Shown piece by piece: positions 50,181 through 59,852 of a DNA stretch of 64,000 bases. The notes under the pieces are model-generated. The model was not told the DNA's origin. It saw only the letters and a list, made by a program, of their open reading frames with translations, and did not search any database. The DNA is taken from assembly GCA_049967475.1 (NCBI GenBank), contig JBMFSQ010000010.1, forward strand, positions 1 to 64,000, written 5' to 3'. This DNA is from Chthonomonadales bacterium (lineage in GTDB: Bacteria > Armatimonadota > Chthonomonadetes > Chthonomonadales > CAJBBX01). Positions within the stretch are counted from its first letter, which is position 1; each line of letters starts with the position of its first letter. The position numbers and the translations under genes are program-made.

Positions 50181-51911
50181 ATGCCCAAACGCTATACATC
50201 CAGCCGCGGTGTAGGATCCATCACGTATTGGCGGAAGTTCGCCGAACACCGCCTCGTATACTTGCTCATCGCAGCCGTCTTCGCATTCGGTCTCGTGGCC
50301 TATTTCGGCTCCGGCCCCATGAGCGGCGTGGCGGGCCGGGCGGCCGGGGCTCAGGCATCGCAGATCATCGCCACGGTAAACGGCGAAGATATCCCCCGCA
50401 GCGCCTATGACCGGCAATGGGACCAGATGAAGACGTATCTCGGCTCCGGAAACGAGGTCCAGGCCGTGTCCATGCAGGGCATGATCCTCAACAGCCTCAT
50501 TGACCAAGCCATCATGCGCGCTGCAGCCAAGAAGCGCGGCTTTACTGTGTCCGACGAAATGGTAGACAAGGCCATCGCGGATATGAAGAAGGGACCGGAC
50601 GGCAAACCCGTTCCCGAAGCCGATTTCGAACAAATGTTGCAGCGGCAAGGCCTCACCCTGGACGACCTCCGCCAACAGCTCAAGACAGACCTACTGGCCA
50701 AGGTCCTGCAAGACAACATCATACAGAGCCAAAAGGTCACCGAACAGGATCTCCTCCAGCAATACCAGGAGGCGCGCGTGCGCCATATCCTCATCTCTAC
50801 CTCCAAGCTTCCCGACGAGCAGGCGCGGCGCAAAGCGGAGAAGATCTATGAGGAGATCAAAGCCGGCAAAGACTTTGCCGCGCTCGCCAACCAGTTCTCC
50901 GACGACCCCAGCAATAAACCCCAAAAGTGGGATCCCAAGCTCAAGAAGGAGGTTCCGGCTGGACCACCCAAGGGCGGCGAACTGGGCTGGGCTCCTCTGA
51001 GCCGATACGTTCCCGAGTTTGCTGATGCCATACGCAAGTTGAAACCCGGCGAGGTGTCTCCTCCCGTAAAGACACAGTTCGGGTACCACATCATACAGCT
51101 CGAGGCCCCCATCCGCGAAAATCTCCCTAAAGATTTTGAGAAGAACAAGGCGCGCCTTCTGGAGGACCTCAAGCGGCAGAAGGGGCAGCAAGCCCTCATG
51201 AAATTCATGGATGAAGCGCGCAAAACGGCTAAGATCGTTTGGCACGATCCGAGCCTGCAATGGCGCTACGATTATGCCCGGAGCAACCCCAACGCCATGA
51301 TGATGGGCGGCGCCATCCCCACCGGCAACCAAGAACAGCTTCTGCAAGAGCTTCGCCAATACGTTGCCAAGAACCCAGACGACGGCGCCGCCGACATCAT
51401 CCTCGGCCAGATGCTGTACCCGCAGTACATCGTTGCTCCGCCGGGTCCCCAGCGTGACAAACTGCGGGATGAGATTATCAAATACTATGCCGCCGGCCTC
51501 CAGCGCACGGAAGATCCCGAAGTACGCATGGCTCTGGCAGCACTATACCTGGACGCCAAGAAACCGCAAGAGGCGCTGAAGGTGTACCAGACCCAGCAAC
51601 GCCTTCTAAGGTGGGACGACACCCCTGCATCAAAGCCCATGCATGTACGCCTGGAACGCGCATTCAAGGACTTGGGACGTCCCGATTTGGCGGCCGAAGA
51701 GGCAAAGCGCATCGAACAGTTAACAGAACAGGAGAAGAAATCACAGGCTGAGGCCAAGGCCCGCGCCGCGGCCGAAAAAGCAGCAAAGGCTCCAAGCGGC
51801 GCCCAATCACCGACGTCGGCGGCTGAGGGCACGACGAAGCAGGCTGCAGGCGCCCCTTCGCATGCTCCGGCCACGCCGGAAGCATCGAAACCCGGCGCCA
51901 ACGCACCGTAG
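50181..51911 (+). CDS. PrsA/SurA-like parvulin peptidylprolyl isomerase with TPR-like C-terminus
   Basis: N-terminal TM, IATVNGE, VRHILI, FAALA..FSDD, GGELG, VKTQFGYHII; Ala-rich tail. Confidence 0.88.
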   Translation: MPKRYTSSRGVGSITYWRKFAEHRLVYLLIAAVFAFGLVAYFGSGPMSGVAGRAAGAQASQIIATVNGEDIPRSAYDRQWDQMKTYLGSGNEVQAVSMQGMILNSLIDQAIMRAAAKKRGFTVSDEMVDKAIADMKKGPDGKPVPEADFEQMLQRQGLTLDDLRQQLKTDLLAKVLQDNIIQSQKVTEQDLLQQYQEARVRHILISTSKLPDEQARRKAEKIYEEIKAGKDFAALANQFSDDPSNKPQKWDPKLKKEVPAGPPKGGELGWAPLSRYVPEFADAIRKLKPGEVSPPVKTQFGYHIIQLEAPIRENLPKDFEKNKARLLEDLKRQKGQQALMKFMDEARKTAKIVWHDPSLQWRYDYARSNPNAMMMGGAIPTGNQEQLLQELRQYVAKNPDDGAADIILGQMLYPQYIVAPPGPQRDKLRDEIIKYYAAGLQRTEDPEVRMALAALYLDAKKPQEALKVYQTQQRLLRWDDTPASKPMHVRLERAFKDLGRPDLAAEEAKRIEQLTEQEKKSQAEAKARAAAEKAAKAPSGAQSPTSAAEGTTKQAAGAPSHAPATPEASKPGANAP

Positions 51912-51946
51912 CGGTGCAATACTGCGGCCGATGCCTATCCCACCCA

Positions 51947-52807
51947 ATGCTCATCATCAATCCCTATCCGACCCAAATCACGCGATGGCTGCGCGGCAAT
52001 CTCCATGCACACACCAACCAGAGCGACGGGGTGCTGGAGCCGGCGGAATTGGTTGCCGCCTATGAAGCGCTCGGATACGACTTTCTAGCGGTGTCGGATC
52101 ACGACCGCATCACCCCTTTAGCGGACTTGCGGCCCCGAACACGCATGGTGCTCATCGAGGGCGAGGAAGTGGGCGGCGGCCCTCACACGCTTGCAATCCA
52201 TGTCCATAGCCGTATAGATCCCAGAATGGCACGACAGGACGTGCTTCGCGAGGCGGCCAAACAGGGGGGCATCACGATCCTGAACCATCCCAATTGGGGC
52301 GTCACCTTCAGCCATTGGCCCCATTCGGTCGTGGAAGCCCTCACCGCCTACACAGGCATCGAGATCTACAATGCAGTGATAGACCTGTTGGAGGGTTCGA
52401 GCCTGGCTACAGACCGCTGGGACCGCATCCTCTCTTCGGGCGTACGCGCCTGGGGCTTCGCCAATGACGACGCGCACCACCCAGAAGATATCGGCAGGGC
52501 GTGGATCCAGGTTGCCGCAGAGGAACCAACGGTTCAAGCCATCCTAACGGCGATTCAGTCCGGGAGCTTCTACGCCTCCACGGGCGTCACCATCCAGCAC
52601 CTCGCTGTGGAAGGGCGCACCATCGTCATCCACGCTCTTGATTGCCAGCGCTTCCGCTTTGTAGGACGGCACGGCGCTGTCCGCTCCTTCGCCGATGGCC
52701 CAACGGCCCGCTACACCCCATCCGGGGATGAGGGGTATGTGCGCATCGAGTGTTACGGCTGCGGCGATGCATTCGCTTGGACCCAGCCCTTCTGGATCGA
52801 AGCGTGA
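51947..52807 (+). CDS. PHP-domain metallohydrolase
   Basis: GNLHAHT..SDG, YDFLAVSDHD, NHP, IEIYN, NDDAH. Confidence 0.85.
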   Translation: MLIINPYPTQITRWLRGNLHAHTNQSDGVLEPAELVAAYEALGYDFLAVSDHDRITPLADLRPRTRMVLIEGEEVGGGPHTLAIHVHSRIDPRMARQDVLREAAKQGGITILNHPNWGVTFSHWPHSVVEALTAYTGIEIYNAVIDLLEGSSLATDRWDRILSSGVRAWGFANDDAHHPEDIGRAWIQVAAEEPTVQAILTAIQSGSFYASTGVTIQHLAVEGRTIVIHALDCQRFRFVGRHGAVRSFADGPTARYTPSGDEGYVRIECYGCGDAFAWTQPFWIEA

Positions 52808-52820
52808 GGCCCGGATCCCC

Positions 52821-53759
52821 ATGCCCGGCACTCTGTACATCGTAGCGACCCCTATCGGAAACCTGAAGGATATCACCCTTCGCGCACTCGAAGTGCTGGC
52901 GAACGTAGAACTGATTGTCGCCGAAGACACCCGGGTCACCCGAAAGCTCCTCAGCCATTACACCATCCACAAACAGATGCTGTCGCTCCATGCATATTCG
53001 CCAGAGGATCGAACACGGGAGATCATCCGGCGGCTCCAGGAGGGGATCAATGTGGCCCTCGTGGCCGACGCCGGCACCCCACTGCTCTCGGATCCAGGCG
53101 CCCTTCTTGCAGCAGAGGCCGCTTCTACCGGCGTGCGGGTCGTTCCGATCCCTGGGCCGAGTGCCATCACGGCAGCGCTCGCCGCGTGCGGCCTCCCCAT
53201 CACGCGGTTTGCCTTCGACGGCTTCCCGCCCCGCCGAAAGGGAGACCGACGCACCTTCTTCCAACGTCTTCGATCCGAAGGGCGCGCCGTCGTACTCTTT
53301 GAAGCCCCAGGCCGCCTCGTCCAAACCCTTGAGGATCTGTACCAAGCCCTCGGCGACCGCGACGTGGCGGTTGCGCGCGAGCTCACCAAGGTCCATGAGG
53401 AGATCTTTCGGGGGTCCCTACCAGACGCTATCGCCCATTTCGCAGCATCCCAGGTTCGCGGCGAGTGCACCATCGTCGTGGCGCCCCCGGTCACGCAACA
53501 GCCGCCTGCGTCCGATGAAGCCGCGGCGCTGACGCAGCTCACCACTAAGCTTGCTGAGGGCGTCACCCTGCGAAGCGCGGTGGACGAGGTGTCCGAGGTC
53601 TTCGGGATCCCCAAGAAGAAGATCTACGCAGCCGCGCTGAACGCACGAAAGGCACGCGCCGGCGGGCTGCGCCGAGAAGTGGAAACGGGCGCCGAAGGCC
53701 CGCCAGTACCCACCGTTGAACCCTGTGAAGCCAGCCATGGAGGGAGCAGAAAAAAATGA
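52821..53759 (+). CDS. rsmI: 16S rRNA (cytidine1402-2'-O)-methyltransferase
   Basis: LYIVATPIGNL.DIT.RA, AEDTR, DAGTP.LSDPG, ARELTK.HEE. Confidence 0.95.
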   Translation: MPGTLYIVATPIGNLKDITLRALEVLANVELIVAEDTRVTRKLLSHYTIHKQMLSLHAYSPEDRTREIIRRLQEGINVALVADAGTPLLSDPGALLAAEAASTGVRVVPIPGPSAITAALAACGLPITRFAFDGFPPRRKGDRRTFFQRLRSEGRAVVLFEAPGRLVQTLEDLYQALGDRDVAVARELTKVHEEIFRGSLPDAIAHFAASQVRGECTIVVAPPVTQQPPASDEAAALTQLTTKLAEGVTLRSAVDEVSEVFGIPKKKIYAAALNARKARAGGLRREVETGAEGPPVPTVEPCEASHGGSRKK

Positions 53760-54727
53760 TCCTCGTTACCGGCGGCGCCGGATATATTGGCAGCCACTAC
53801 GTTCTGTACGAACGTGAGCGTGGTGAAGAAGTAGTCGTTCTAGACAACCTGATCTACGGACACGCCGAGGCAGTGATGGATGCCCACTTGATCGTGGGAG
53901 ATGTGGGAGATCGGCAGCTTTTGGACACGGTTTTTTCCGCGTATCCCATTACGGCGGTGGTTCACTTCGCAGCCTTCGCCTCCGTTCCCGAGTCTGTGGC
54001 TCAACCGCACAAGTACTACGGCAACAATGTAGTGAGCACGTTTACTCTTCTAGAAGCCATGCGGGCGCACAACGTACGCCACCTGGTGTTCTCCTCGTCT
54101 GCGGCAACCTTCGGCAACCCCAGGTACACCCCTATAGACGAAGCCCACCCGCAGAGCCCGATCAACCCATACGGCGAAAGCAAGCAAATGAGTGAACGGA
54201 TGATGGCTGCTTACGATCATGCCTTTGGCCTGCGCTTCGTGTCCCTGCGTTACTTCAATGCAGCCGGAGCCGATCCAAAAGCACGCATCGGCGAGAGCCA
54301 CGACCCCGAGAACCACCTCATCCCCATCATTCTCCAGGTGGCAGCAGGGAAAAGAGAGTGCGTGAATGTCTACGGCACCGACTACGACACGCCCGACGGG
54401 AGCTGCATTAGGGACTATGTGCACATATTGGATCTGGCCCAAGCGCATGCGAGGGCTCTGGACGCATTGCGAGCTGGGGCGCCGAGTGCCTTTTACAATT
54501 TGGGCTCCGAACACGGCTATTCCGTGAGAGAGGTCATTCGGAAGTGCGAACAAGTCACCGGCCGACCCATCAAAGCCGTGGATGCACCGCGGAGGCCCGG
54601 AGATCCGGCCGTCCTGGTTGCCAGTTCCGCCAAAGCCCGGTCGGAACTCGGCTGGCAACCCCGCTTCCAGGATCTGGACGAGATCGTCGAAACTGCGTGG
54701 AACTGGGAGCTTAACCGAAGATATTGA
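53756..54727 (+). CDS. galE: UDP-glucose 4-epimerase
   Basis: GGAGYIGSH, HFAA, FSSSAA, YGESK, LRYFN, DGSCIRDYVH. Confidence 0.95.
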   Translation: MILVTGGAGYIGSHYVLYERERGEEVVVLDNLIYGHAEAVMDAHLIVGDVGDRQLLDTVFSAYPITAVVHFAAFASVPESVAQPHKYYGNNVVSTFTLLEAMRAHNVRHLVFSSSAATFGNPRYTPIDEAHPQSPINPYGESKQMSERMMAAYDHAFGLRFVSLRYFNAAGADPKARIGESHDPENHLIPIILQVAAGKRECVNVYGTDYDTPDGSCIRDYVHILDLAQAHARALDALRAGAPSAFYNLGSEHGYSVREVIRKCEQVTGRPIKAVDAPRRPGDPAVLVASSAKARSELGWQPRFQDLDEIVETAWNWELNRRY

Positions 54728-54843
54728 GCCGCTGAATGCAAGGCAGCGCCGTGCATTCAAAACACCGCAATGCGGCACACCTTCCGGCTTGCAGGTTGCA
54801 TGGCAATCAAGCGAAGGCCTAATGCCGTTCAGGGGAGTAAGCG

Positions 54844-55731
54844 ATGAAGGGCATCATCCTAGCGGGAGGAACGGGCAGCCGCTTATATCCCGTTACCTTG
54901 GCTGTGTCCAAACAGCTTCTCCCCGTCTATGACAAGCCCATGATCTACTATCCGCTCTCCACGCTGATGCTCGCCGGCATCCGCGAGGTCCTCATCATTT
55001 CAACGCCGGAGGACTTGCCGGCTTACCGGAGATTGTTGGGTGACGGCAGCCAATATGGCATCTCACTCCAGTATGCGGAGCAGCCTCGGCCTGAAGGTCT
55101 CGCCCAGGCATTCCTCATCGGCGAGCGCTTCGTGCACGGCGGTCCCTCCTGCCTGGTGCTGGGCGACAACATCTTTTACGGTCACGGCCTTTCCGAGATC
55201 CTGCAGCGCTCGGCAAGCCTGTCCGAAGGAGCCCTTATCTTCGGATATTGGGTGCGCGATCCCCAGCGGTACGGCGTCCTCGAGCTGGACGGAAGCGGCA
55301 ACGTAATCTCTATTGAAGAGAAGCCCCAGCACCCCAGATCCAACTATGCCGTCGTCGGGCTATACTTCTATGATGCGGAAGCCGTGGAGATCGCCCGCGG
55401 CCTGCGCCCGTCTGCCCGGGGTGAATTGGAGATCACCGACCTCAACCTGGAGTACCTGCGGCGCGGCAAACTTAGAGCAGAGATCCTCGGCCGAGGCATC
55501 GCGTGGCTGGATACGGGCACTCATTCGTCTCTGTTAGCGGCTGGGAACTTCATCGAGACCATCGAGAAGCGTCAAGGTCTCAAGATTGCATGCCTTGAAG
55601 AGATCGCCTACCTCCAGGGGTATATCACGGCGGATCAGGTGCTGCAACAAGCCCACCGCCTCGGCGCCACTGAATACGCCGGATACCTCAAGCGGCTCGT
55701 AACAGAAGCAGAATGGACACTTCGACAATAG
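54844..55731 (+). CDS. rfbA: Glucose-1-phosphate thymidylyltransferase
   Basis: [38 protein letters not shown]. Confidence 0.97.
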   Translation: MKGIILAGGTGSRLYPVTLAVSKQLLPVYDKPMIYYPLSTLMLAGIREVLIISTPEDLPAYRRLLGDGSQYGISLQYAEQPRPEGLAQAFLIGERFVHGGPSCLVLGDNIFYGHGLSEILQRSASLSEGALIFGYWVRDPQRYGVLELDGSGNVISIEEKPQHPRSNYAVVGLYFYDAEAVEIARGLRPSARGELEITDLNLEYLRRGKLRAEILGRGIAWLDTGTHSSLLAAGNFIETIEKRQGLKIACLEEIAYLQGYITADQVLQQAHRLGATEYAGYLKRLVTEAEWTLRQ

Positions 55732-56171
55732 AGGGTGTGATCGTTCGCCGCCTCCAGCGCCACACGGATGCTCGCGGCTGGCTTACAGAACTGTTCCGGG
55801 AAGACGAGCTTCCCAAGGACTTTCATCCTGCAATGGGATACATCTCGGTGACGCATCCCGGCATGGCCCGAGGTCCCCACGAGCATCGGGAGCAGGCCGA
55901 CCTATTCTGCTTCCTTTCCGGCACCTATCGGCTCCATCTGTGGGAGAACCGGCCCGGGCGGCCCAAGAGATCGGAGGTCTTCACGATCGGCGAAGCCAAC
56001 CCTACCTTCGTGCTCATACCCGCAGGGGTTGTGCACGGATATCGAAATGTCGGCTCACAGGACGCCTTCGTGCTGAACTTTCCCAACCGCCTCTATGCCG
56101 GCTGGGACCGCAGGGAACCCGTAGACGAGATCCGCTACGAAGACAGCGAAAGCGAGTACATCCTGCCATGA
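55713..56171 (+). CDS. rfbC: dTDP-4-dehydrorhamnose 3,5-epimerase family cupin
   Basis: [20 protein letters not shown]; lies between rfbA and rfbB. Confidence 0.8.
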   Translation: MDTSTIEGVIVRRLQRHTDARGWLTELFREDELPKDFHPAMGYISVTHPGMARGPHEHREQADLFCFLSGTYRLHLWENRPGRPKRSEVFTIGEANPTFVLIPAGVVHGYRNVGSQDAFVLNFPNRLYAGWDRREPVDEIRYEDSESEYILP

Positions 56172-57199
56172 GCACGGTTCTCGTCACCGGTGGTGCAGGG
56201 TTCATTGGGTCCCACTTCGTGCAGCATTGGCTCGAGCGCCATCCTGGAGATCGCGTCGTAGTGCTCGATGCCCTTACCTACGCCGGCAACCTCGCGAACC
56301 TTGCGCATGCCCAGCTTTCTCCACAGTTCCGGTTCTATCCCGGGCTCATCCAGGATCCTGTCGCGGTGCGGGGCATCTTTCAAGCCGAGAAGCCCCAATT
56401 CATAGTGAACTTCGCCGCCATGACCCACAATGATCGATCCTTGCTGGACCCTGCAGGGTTCATCCAAACCAATACGGCAGGGGTCAATATCCTCCTGGAA
56501 ACCACGAGAGAGTTCGGAGTGGAACGGTTTCTTCACGTGTCCACCGATGAGGTTTATGGAGAAGCTCTCACAGGCAGCTTCAAAGAGACGGACCCCTTAC
56601 GGCCCCGAACGCCTTATGCAGCCTCCAAAGCCGGCGGCGACCTTCTGGCGCTTGCGCATCACGTTGCCTACGGAACTCCCGTGCTCATCACGCGAGGATC
56701 CAACACCTACGGTCCCCGCCAATACCCGGAAAAGCTCCTTCCGTTTTTCATAACCAGGGCGATCCGGAACAAGAAACTCCCCCTCTATGGAGCCGGCGAT
56801 CAGGTTCGAGAATGGATCCATGTGGAGGACCATTGTCGAGGCATCGCGTGGGTGCTGGAACACGGCACTTCAGGAGAAGTGTATAATCTGGGAGGAGGCA
56901 ACGAATGCACGAACCTCCAGATTACAGAACGCATCCTCTCGGTTCTGAACAAGCCGAGAGATCTCATTTTCCCTATTCCCGATCCTCGAGGAGATGCTCA
57001 CGATCGCCGTTACTCGCTGGATACTTCCAAGCTCAGTGCCTTAGGATGGCGTCCTGAAGTAGATTTTAACCGGGGTTTGGAAGACACAATCCGCTGGTAT
57101 GCGGAGCACGAAGACTGGTGGCGTCCGATCCTCTCTACACCGGAGTATGTACAGTTTGTAACCCGGTTCTACGGCCCGTTTCTTGGAGAGGACCTATAG
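56168..57199 (+). CDS. rfbB: dTDP-glucose 4,6-dehydratase
   Basis: GGAGFIGS, LTYAGN, HVSTDEVYG, YAASK, YPEK, HDRRY. Confidence 0.95.
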   Translation: MSTVLVTGGAGFIGSHFVQHWLERHPGDRVVVLDALTYAGNLANLAHAQLSPQFRFYPGLIQDPVAVRGIFQAEKPQFIVNFAAMTHNDRSLLDPAGFIQTNTAGVNILLETTREFGVERFLHVSTDEVYGEALTGSFKETDPLRPRTPYAASKAGGDLLALAHHVAYGTPVLITRGSNTYGPRQYPEKLLPFFITRAIRNKKLPLYGAGDQVREWIHVEDHCRGIAWVLEHGTSGEVYNLGGGNECTNLQITERILSVLNKPRDLIFPIPDPRGDAHDRRYSLDTSKLSALGWRPEVDFNRGLEDTIRWYAEHEDWWRPILSTPEYVQFVTRFYGPFLGEDL

Positions 57200-57246
57200 C
57201 ATTGGACCAATCCAACCGAGATATCGAGCAGAAGGTCCAGGGGAAG

Positions 57247-57744
57247 ATGGGAAGGATCGTGTCCCGGGACGCTCTCGCCGCTGAGTTGGCGGTGAGGCGG
57301 TCCAAGGGCGAGCGCATCGTGTTTACAAACGGGTGCTTCGACATCCTCCACCTGGGTCACGCGCGGTACCTCATGGAGGCACGGGCGCTTGGGGACATTC
57401 TCGTAGTGGGGCTCAACAGCGACGCCTCTGTCCGCATGCTCAAGGGACCTCGTCGCCCCATCGTACCGCAATCGGAACGCGCGGAGATGCTTTGCCACCT
57501 GCGCTGGGTGGATTACGTATGCATCTTCGAGGAGATGCGGCCCAACGCACTCATCGAGGCGGTACGGCCCCACATCCACGTAAAGGGCGGCGATTATCGG
57601 CCCGAGGATCTTCCCGAAGCCGAAGTGGTTCAAAGGTACGGAGGCCGCGTGGTAATCGTCCCCCTCGTCGAAGGACGATCTACCACCAACATCATCAGTC
57701 GGATTGTGGAGGCTCACCCATCGGCGCCCCCTTCCACCCTCTGA
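57247..57744 (+). CDS. hldC: D-glycero-beta-D-manno-heptose 1-phosphate adenylyltransferase (RfaE2)
   Basis: FTNGCFDILHLGH, GLNSDASV, VKGGDY, STT. Confidence 0.92.
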   Translation: MGRIVSRDALAAELAVRRSKGERIVFTNGCFDILHLGHARYLMEARALGDILVVGLNSDASVRMLKGPRRPIVPQSERAEMLCHLRWVDYVCIFEEMRPNALIEAVRPHIHVKGGDYRPEDLPEAEVVQRYGGRVVIVPLVEGRSTTNIISRIVEAHPSAPPSTL

Positions 57745-57862
57745 CCCTTCAGCGGGGCAACCCGTGACCCCCGCATCACGGGCGCTTTCGTCCCCTGGGC
57801 CGGCTGAAGCTTACGGGCGGGTACACTGAACCCGGCGATCTAACGAACGCGTGCAGGAAGGT

Positions 57863-58819
57863 ATGTCCAGGTATCCAGAGTTTGACAACACCCAAATCCA
57901 TTCGGAGCCATTCTCCCAGCGCGTCAGCAAAGTAAGCGTGGAAGATTTCGCTGGCCCTCCCACGGAGGGAAGAAGCTTTCGTGACTGGCTCGCGTCGTTG
58001 CCCCGGATCCTGGCAGGACCCCGCATCGCCGAGATTGCTCGCGCCGTTGTGGAGGCTCGCCGGCGCAACCGGGCTGTCGTGGCAGCGTTGGGCGGCCACG
58101 TCGTCAAGACCGGAGTGTCCCCCGTCCTGATTACGCTTATGGAGCGCGGCTTCGTTACTGCGGCGGCAGTAAACGGAGCGGTAGCCGTGCATGATCTGGA
58201 GATCGCCTTGTTCGGAAAGACCTCCGAGGACGTGGCTGCCGGATTGCGCTCGGGCACCTTTGGAATGGCCAAGGAGACGGCTGCCTTCTACAACGAGGGG
58301 GTTAAGCGCGCCGCCCGGGAACGCCTCGGCCTCGGAGAAACCCTCGGGTTGGCCCTCACAGAGGCGGCGGCCCCCTATATCCATGCAAGCCTATTGGCCG
58401 CAGCGTATAGGCATAAGGTTCCGCTCACAGTGCATGTGGCCATCGGAACGGACATCATCCATATGCATCCCGGAGCGGACGGGGCCGCCTTCGGAGAGGC
58501 ATCCCTTCGGGACTTTCGCATCCTCACCGCCCACATGGAACACCTGGCCCGAGGGGGCGTTCTTATGAACCTCGGCTCCGCAGTCGTCCTTCCGGAAGTG
58601 CTGCTCAAGGCCATTGCTCTTCTCAGAAACTGCCATGGGGATGCCTTCACGGACTTCCTGGGGGTCAACTTCGACTTTATTCAACAGTACCGCTCCAACC
58701 AGCAGGTTGTGATGCGAGTGGAGGCCATCGGCGGGCGGGGCATCGCCATCACCGGGCATCACGAGATCCTTATCCCGTTGCTCGGGCAGGCCGTTCTGGA
58801 AGCCGCTGCCGAAGCATAA
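57863..58819 (+). CDS. Uncharacterised protein with deoxyhypusine-synthase-like NAD-binding fold
   Basis: GGHVVKTG, NGA..VHD.E, TSEDV, FGMA.ET, S....A....VP.TVH..IGTD, GSAV.LPEV, GHHE; fold assignment by eye. Confidence 0.7.
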   Translation: MSRYPEFDNTQIHSEPFSQRVSKVSVEDFAGPPTEGRSFRDWLASLPRILAGPRIAEIARAVVEARRRNRAVVAALGGHVVKTGVSPVLITLMERGFVTAAAVNGAVAVHDLEIALFGKTSEDVAAGLRSGTFGMAKETAAFYNEGVKRAARERLGLGETLGLALTEAAAPYIHASLLAAAYRHKVPLTVHVAIGTDIIHMHPGADGAAFGEASLRDFRILTAHMEHLARGGVLMNLGSAVVLPEVLLKAIALLRNCHGDAFTDFLGVNFDFIQQYRSNQQVVMRVEAIGGRGIAITGHHEILIPLLGQAVLEAAAEA

Positions 58820-58847
58820 TGGGCGCCTCCACATCGCCGGAGCCTCG

Positions 58848-59849
58848 ATGAACGCGGACCGCTATATTGAAATTGTGCGCCAATTCCGCGGCGCCCACGT
58901 AACAGTATTGGGCGACCTCATGATGGACGAGTACCTGTGGGGCCGGGCAACCCGCATCTCGCCTGAGAGCCCCGTCATGGTTGTAGAGGTGGACCGGGAG
59001 ACGCGCGTGCCAGGTGGGGCCGCCAACGTCGTAAACAACCTATTATCCCTAGGTGCCCATGTGCGCGTAATCGGAGTGGTGGGTAACGACGAAGCCGGCG
59101 ATGCCCTTGTAGCAGCCCTCACCGAGAAGGGTGCGGACACCTCCGGCATCATAACCGATCCCTCGCGCCCCACTACCCGCAAGACGCGCGTTGTGGCCCA
59201 CAACCAACAGGTTTTGCGCGTAGACCGTGAGCGTGCCCAGCCGATTTCAGAAGGTACCGCCGAAGCCATCCACGCCCGGTTGAACGAGTGTGCTGCTTCA
59301 CCAGCCATCCTTATTTCCGATTATAACAAAGGGGTTCTCACAGCGAGTGTCGCGCGCGCAGTACGGCACTTGGCGCTTCGCCGGAGCATTCTCACTACGG
59401 CAAACCCAAAGCCTGCCAATGTCCATCTGCTGGAAGGATTGGATTTGGTTTCCCTCAACCGAAGCGAGGCCGAGGCGCTGAAAGGCCCCGGATCCTTCGC
59501 ACGCACAGAGGCGCTTTGGAGTTCCGGCGAAGATCTCCGCTGCCGGCTCGGTATCCGCACTCTGGTCGTGACGCTGGGCCCGGATGGGCTTGCCCTCTTC
59601 CATACATCCGGCGCCGAACATGTGCCGGCCCATCCCGTAGAGGTATTCGATGTAGCTGGAGCTGGGGACACCGTCATCAGCACCCTCACCCTCGCACTCG
59701 TTTGCGGCGCGACGCTAAGAGAAGCAGCCGTCCTCGCCAATCATGCGGCTTCATGCGTCGTGCGCAAGGTCGGCGTCGCGACCGTCACTCCCGGCGAGTT
59801 GATCGCAGACTGGACGGGCGACCCGGATCCCGGACCCAAGGAGGCATAG
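58848..59849 (+). CDS. hldA: D-glycero-beta-D-manno-heptose-7-phosphate kinase (RfaE1)
   Basis: GDLMMDEY, RISPE.PV, GGAANV, SDYNKG, DVAGAGDT. Confidence 0.92.
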   Translation: MNADRYIEIVRQFRGAHVTVLGDLMMDEYLWGRATRISPESPVMVVEVDRETRVPGGAANVVNNLLSLGAHVRVIGVVGNDEAGDALVAALTEKGADTSGIITDPSRPTTRKTRVVAHNQQVLRVDRERAQPISEGTAEAIHARLNECAASPAILISDYNKGVLTASVARAVRHLALRRSILTTANPKPANVHLLEGLDLVSLNRSEAEALKGPGSFARTEALWSSGEDLRCRLGIRTLVVTLGPDGLALFHTSGAEHVPAHPVEVFDVAGAGDTVISTLTLALVCGATLREAAVLANHAASCVVRKVGVATVTPGELIADWTGDPDPGPKEA

Positions 59850-59852
59850 GGC

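Noticed and set aside
51720..51911. Ala/Pro/Lys-rich repetitive tail of the foldase
   Set aside because: Low-complexity protein tail, not a DNA repeat array.
56168..57199. Apparently more AT-rich codon usage in rfbB suggesting horizontal transfer
   Set aside because: Impression only; not computed, and no mobility genes or boundary repeats are present.
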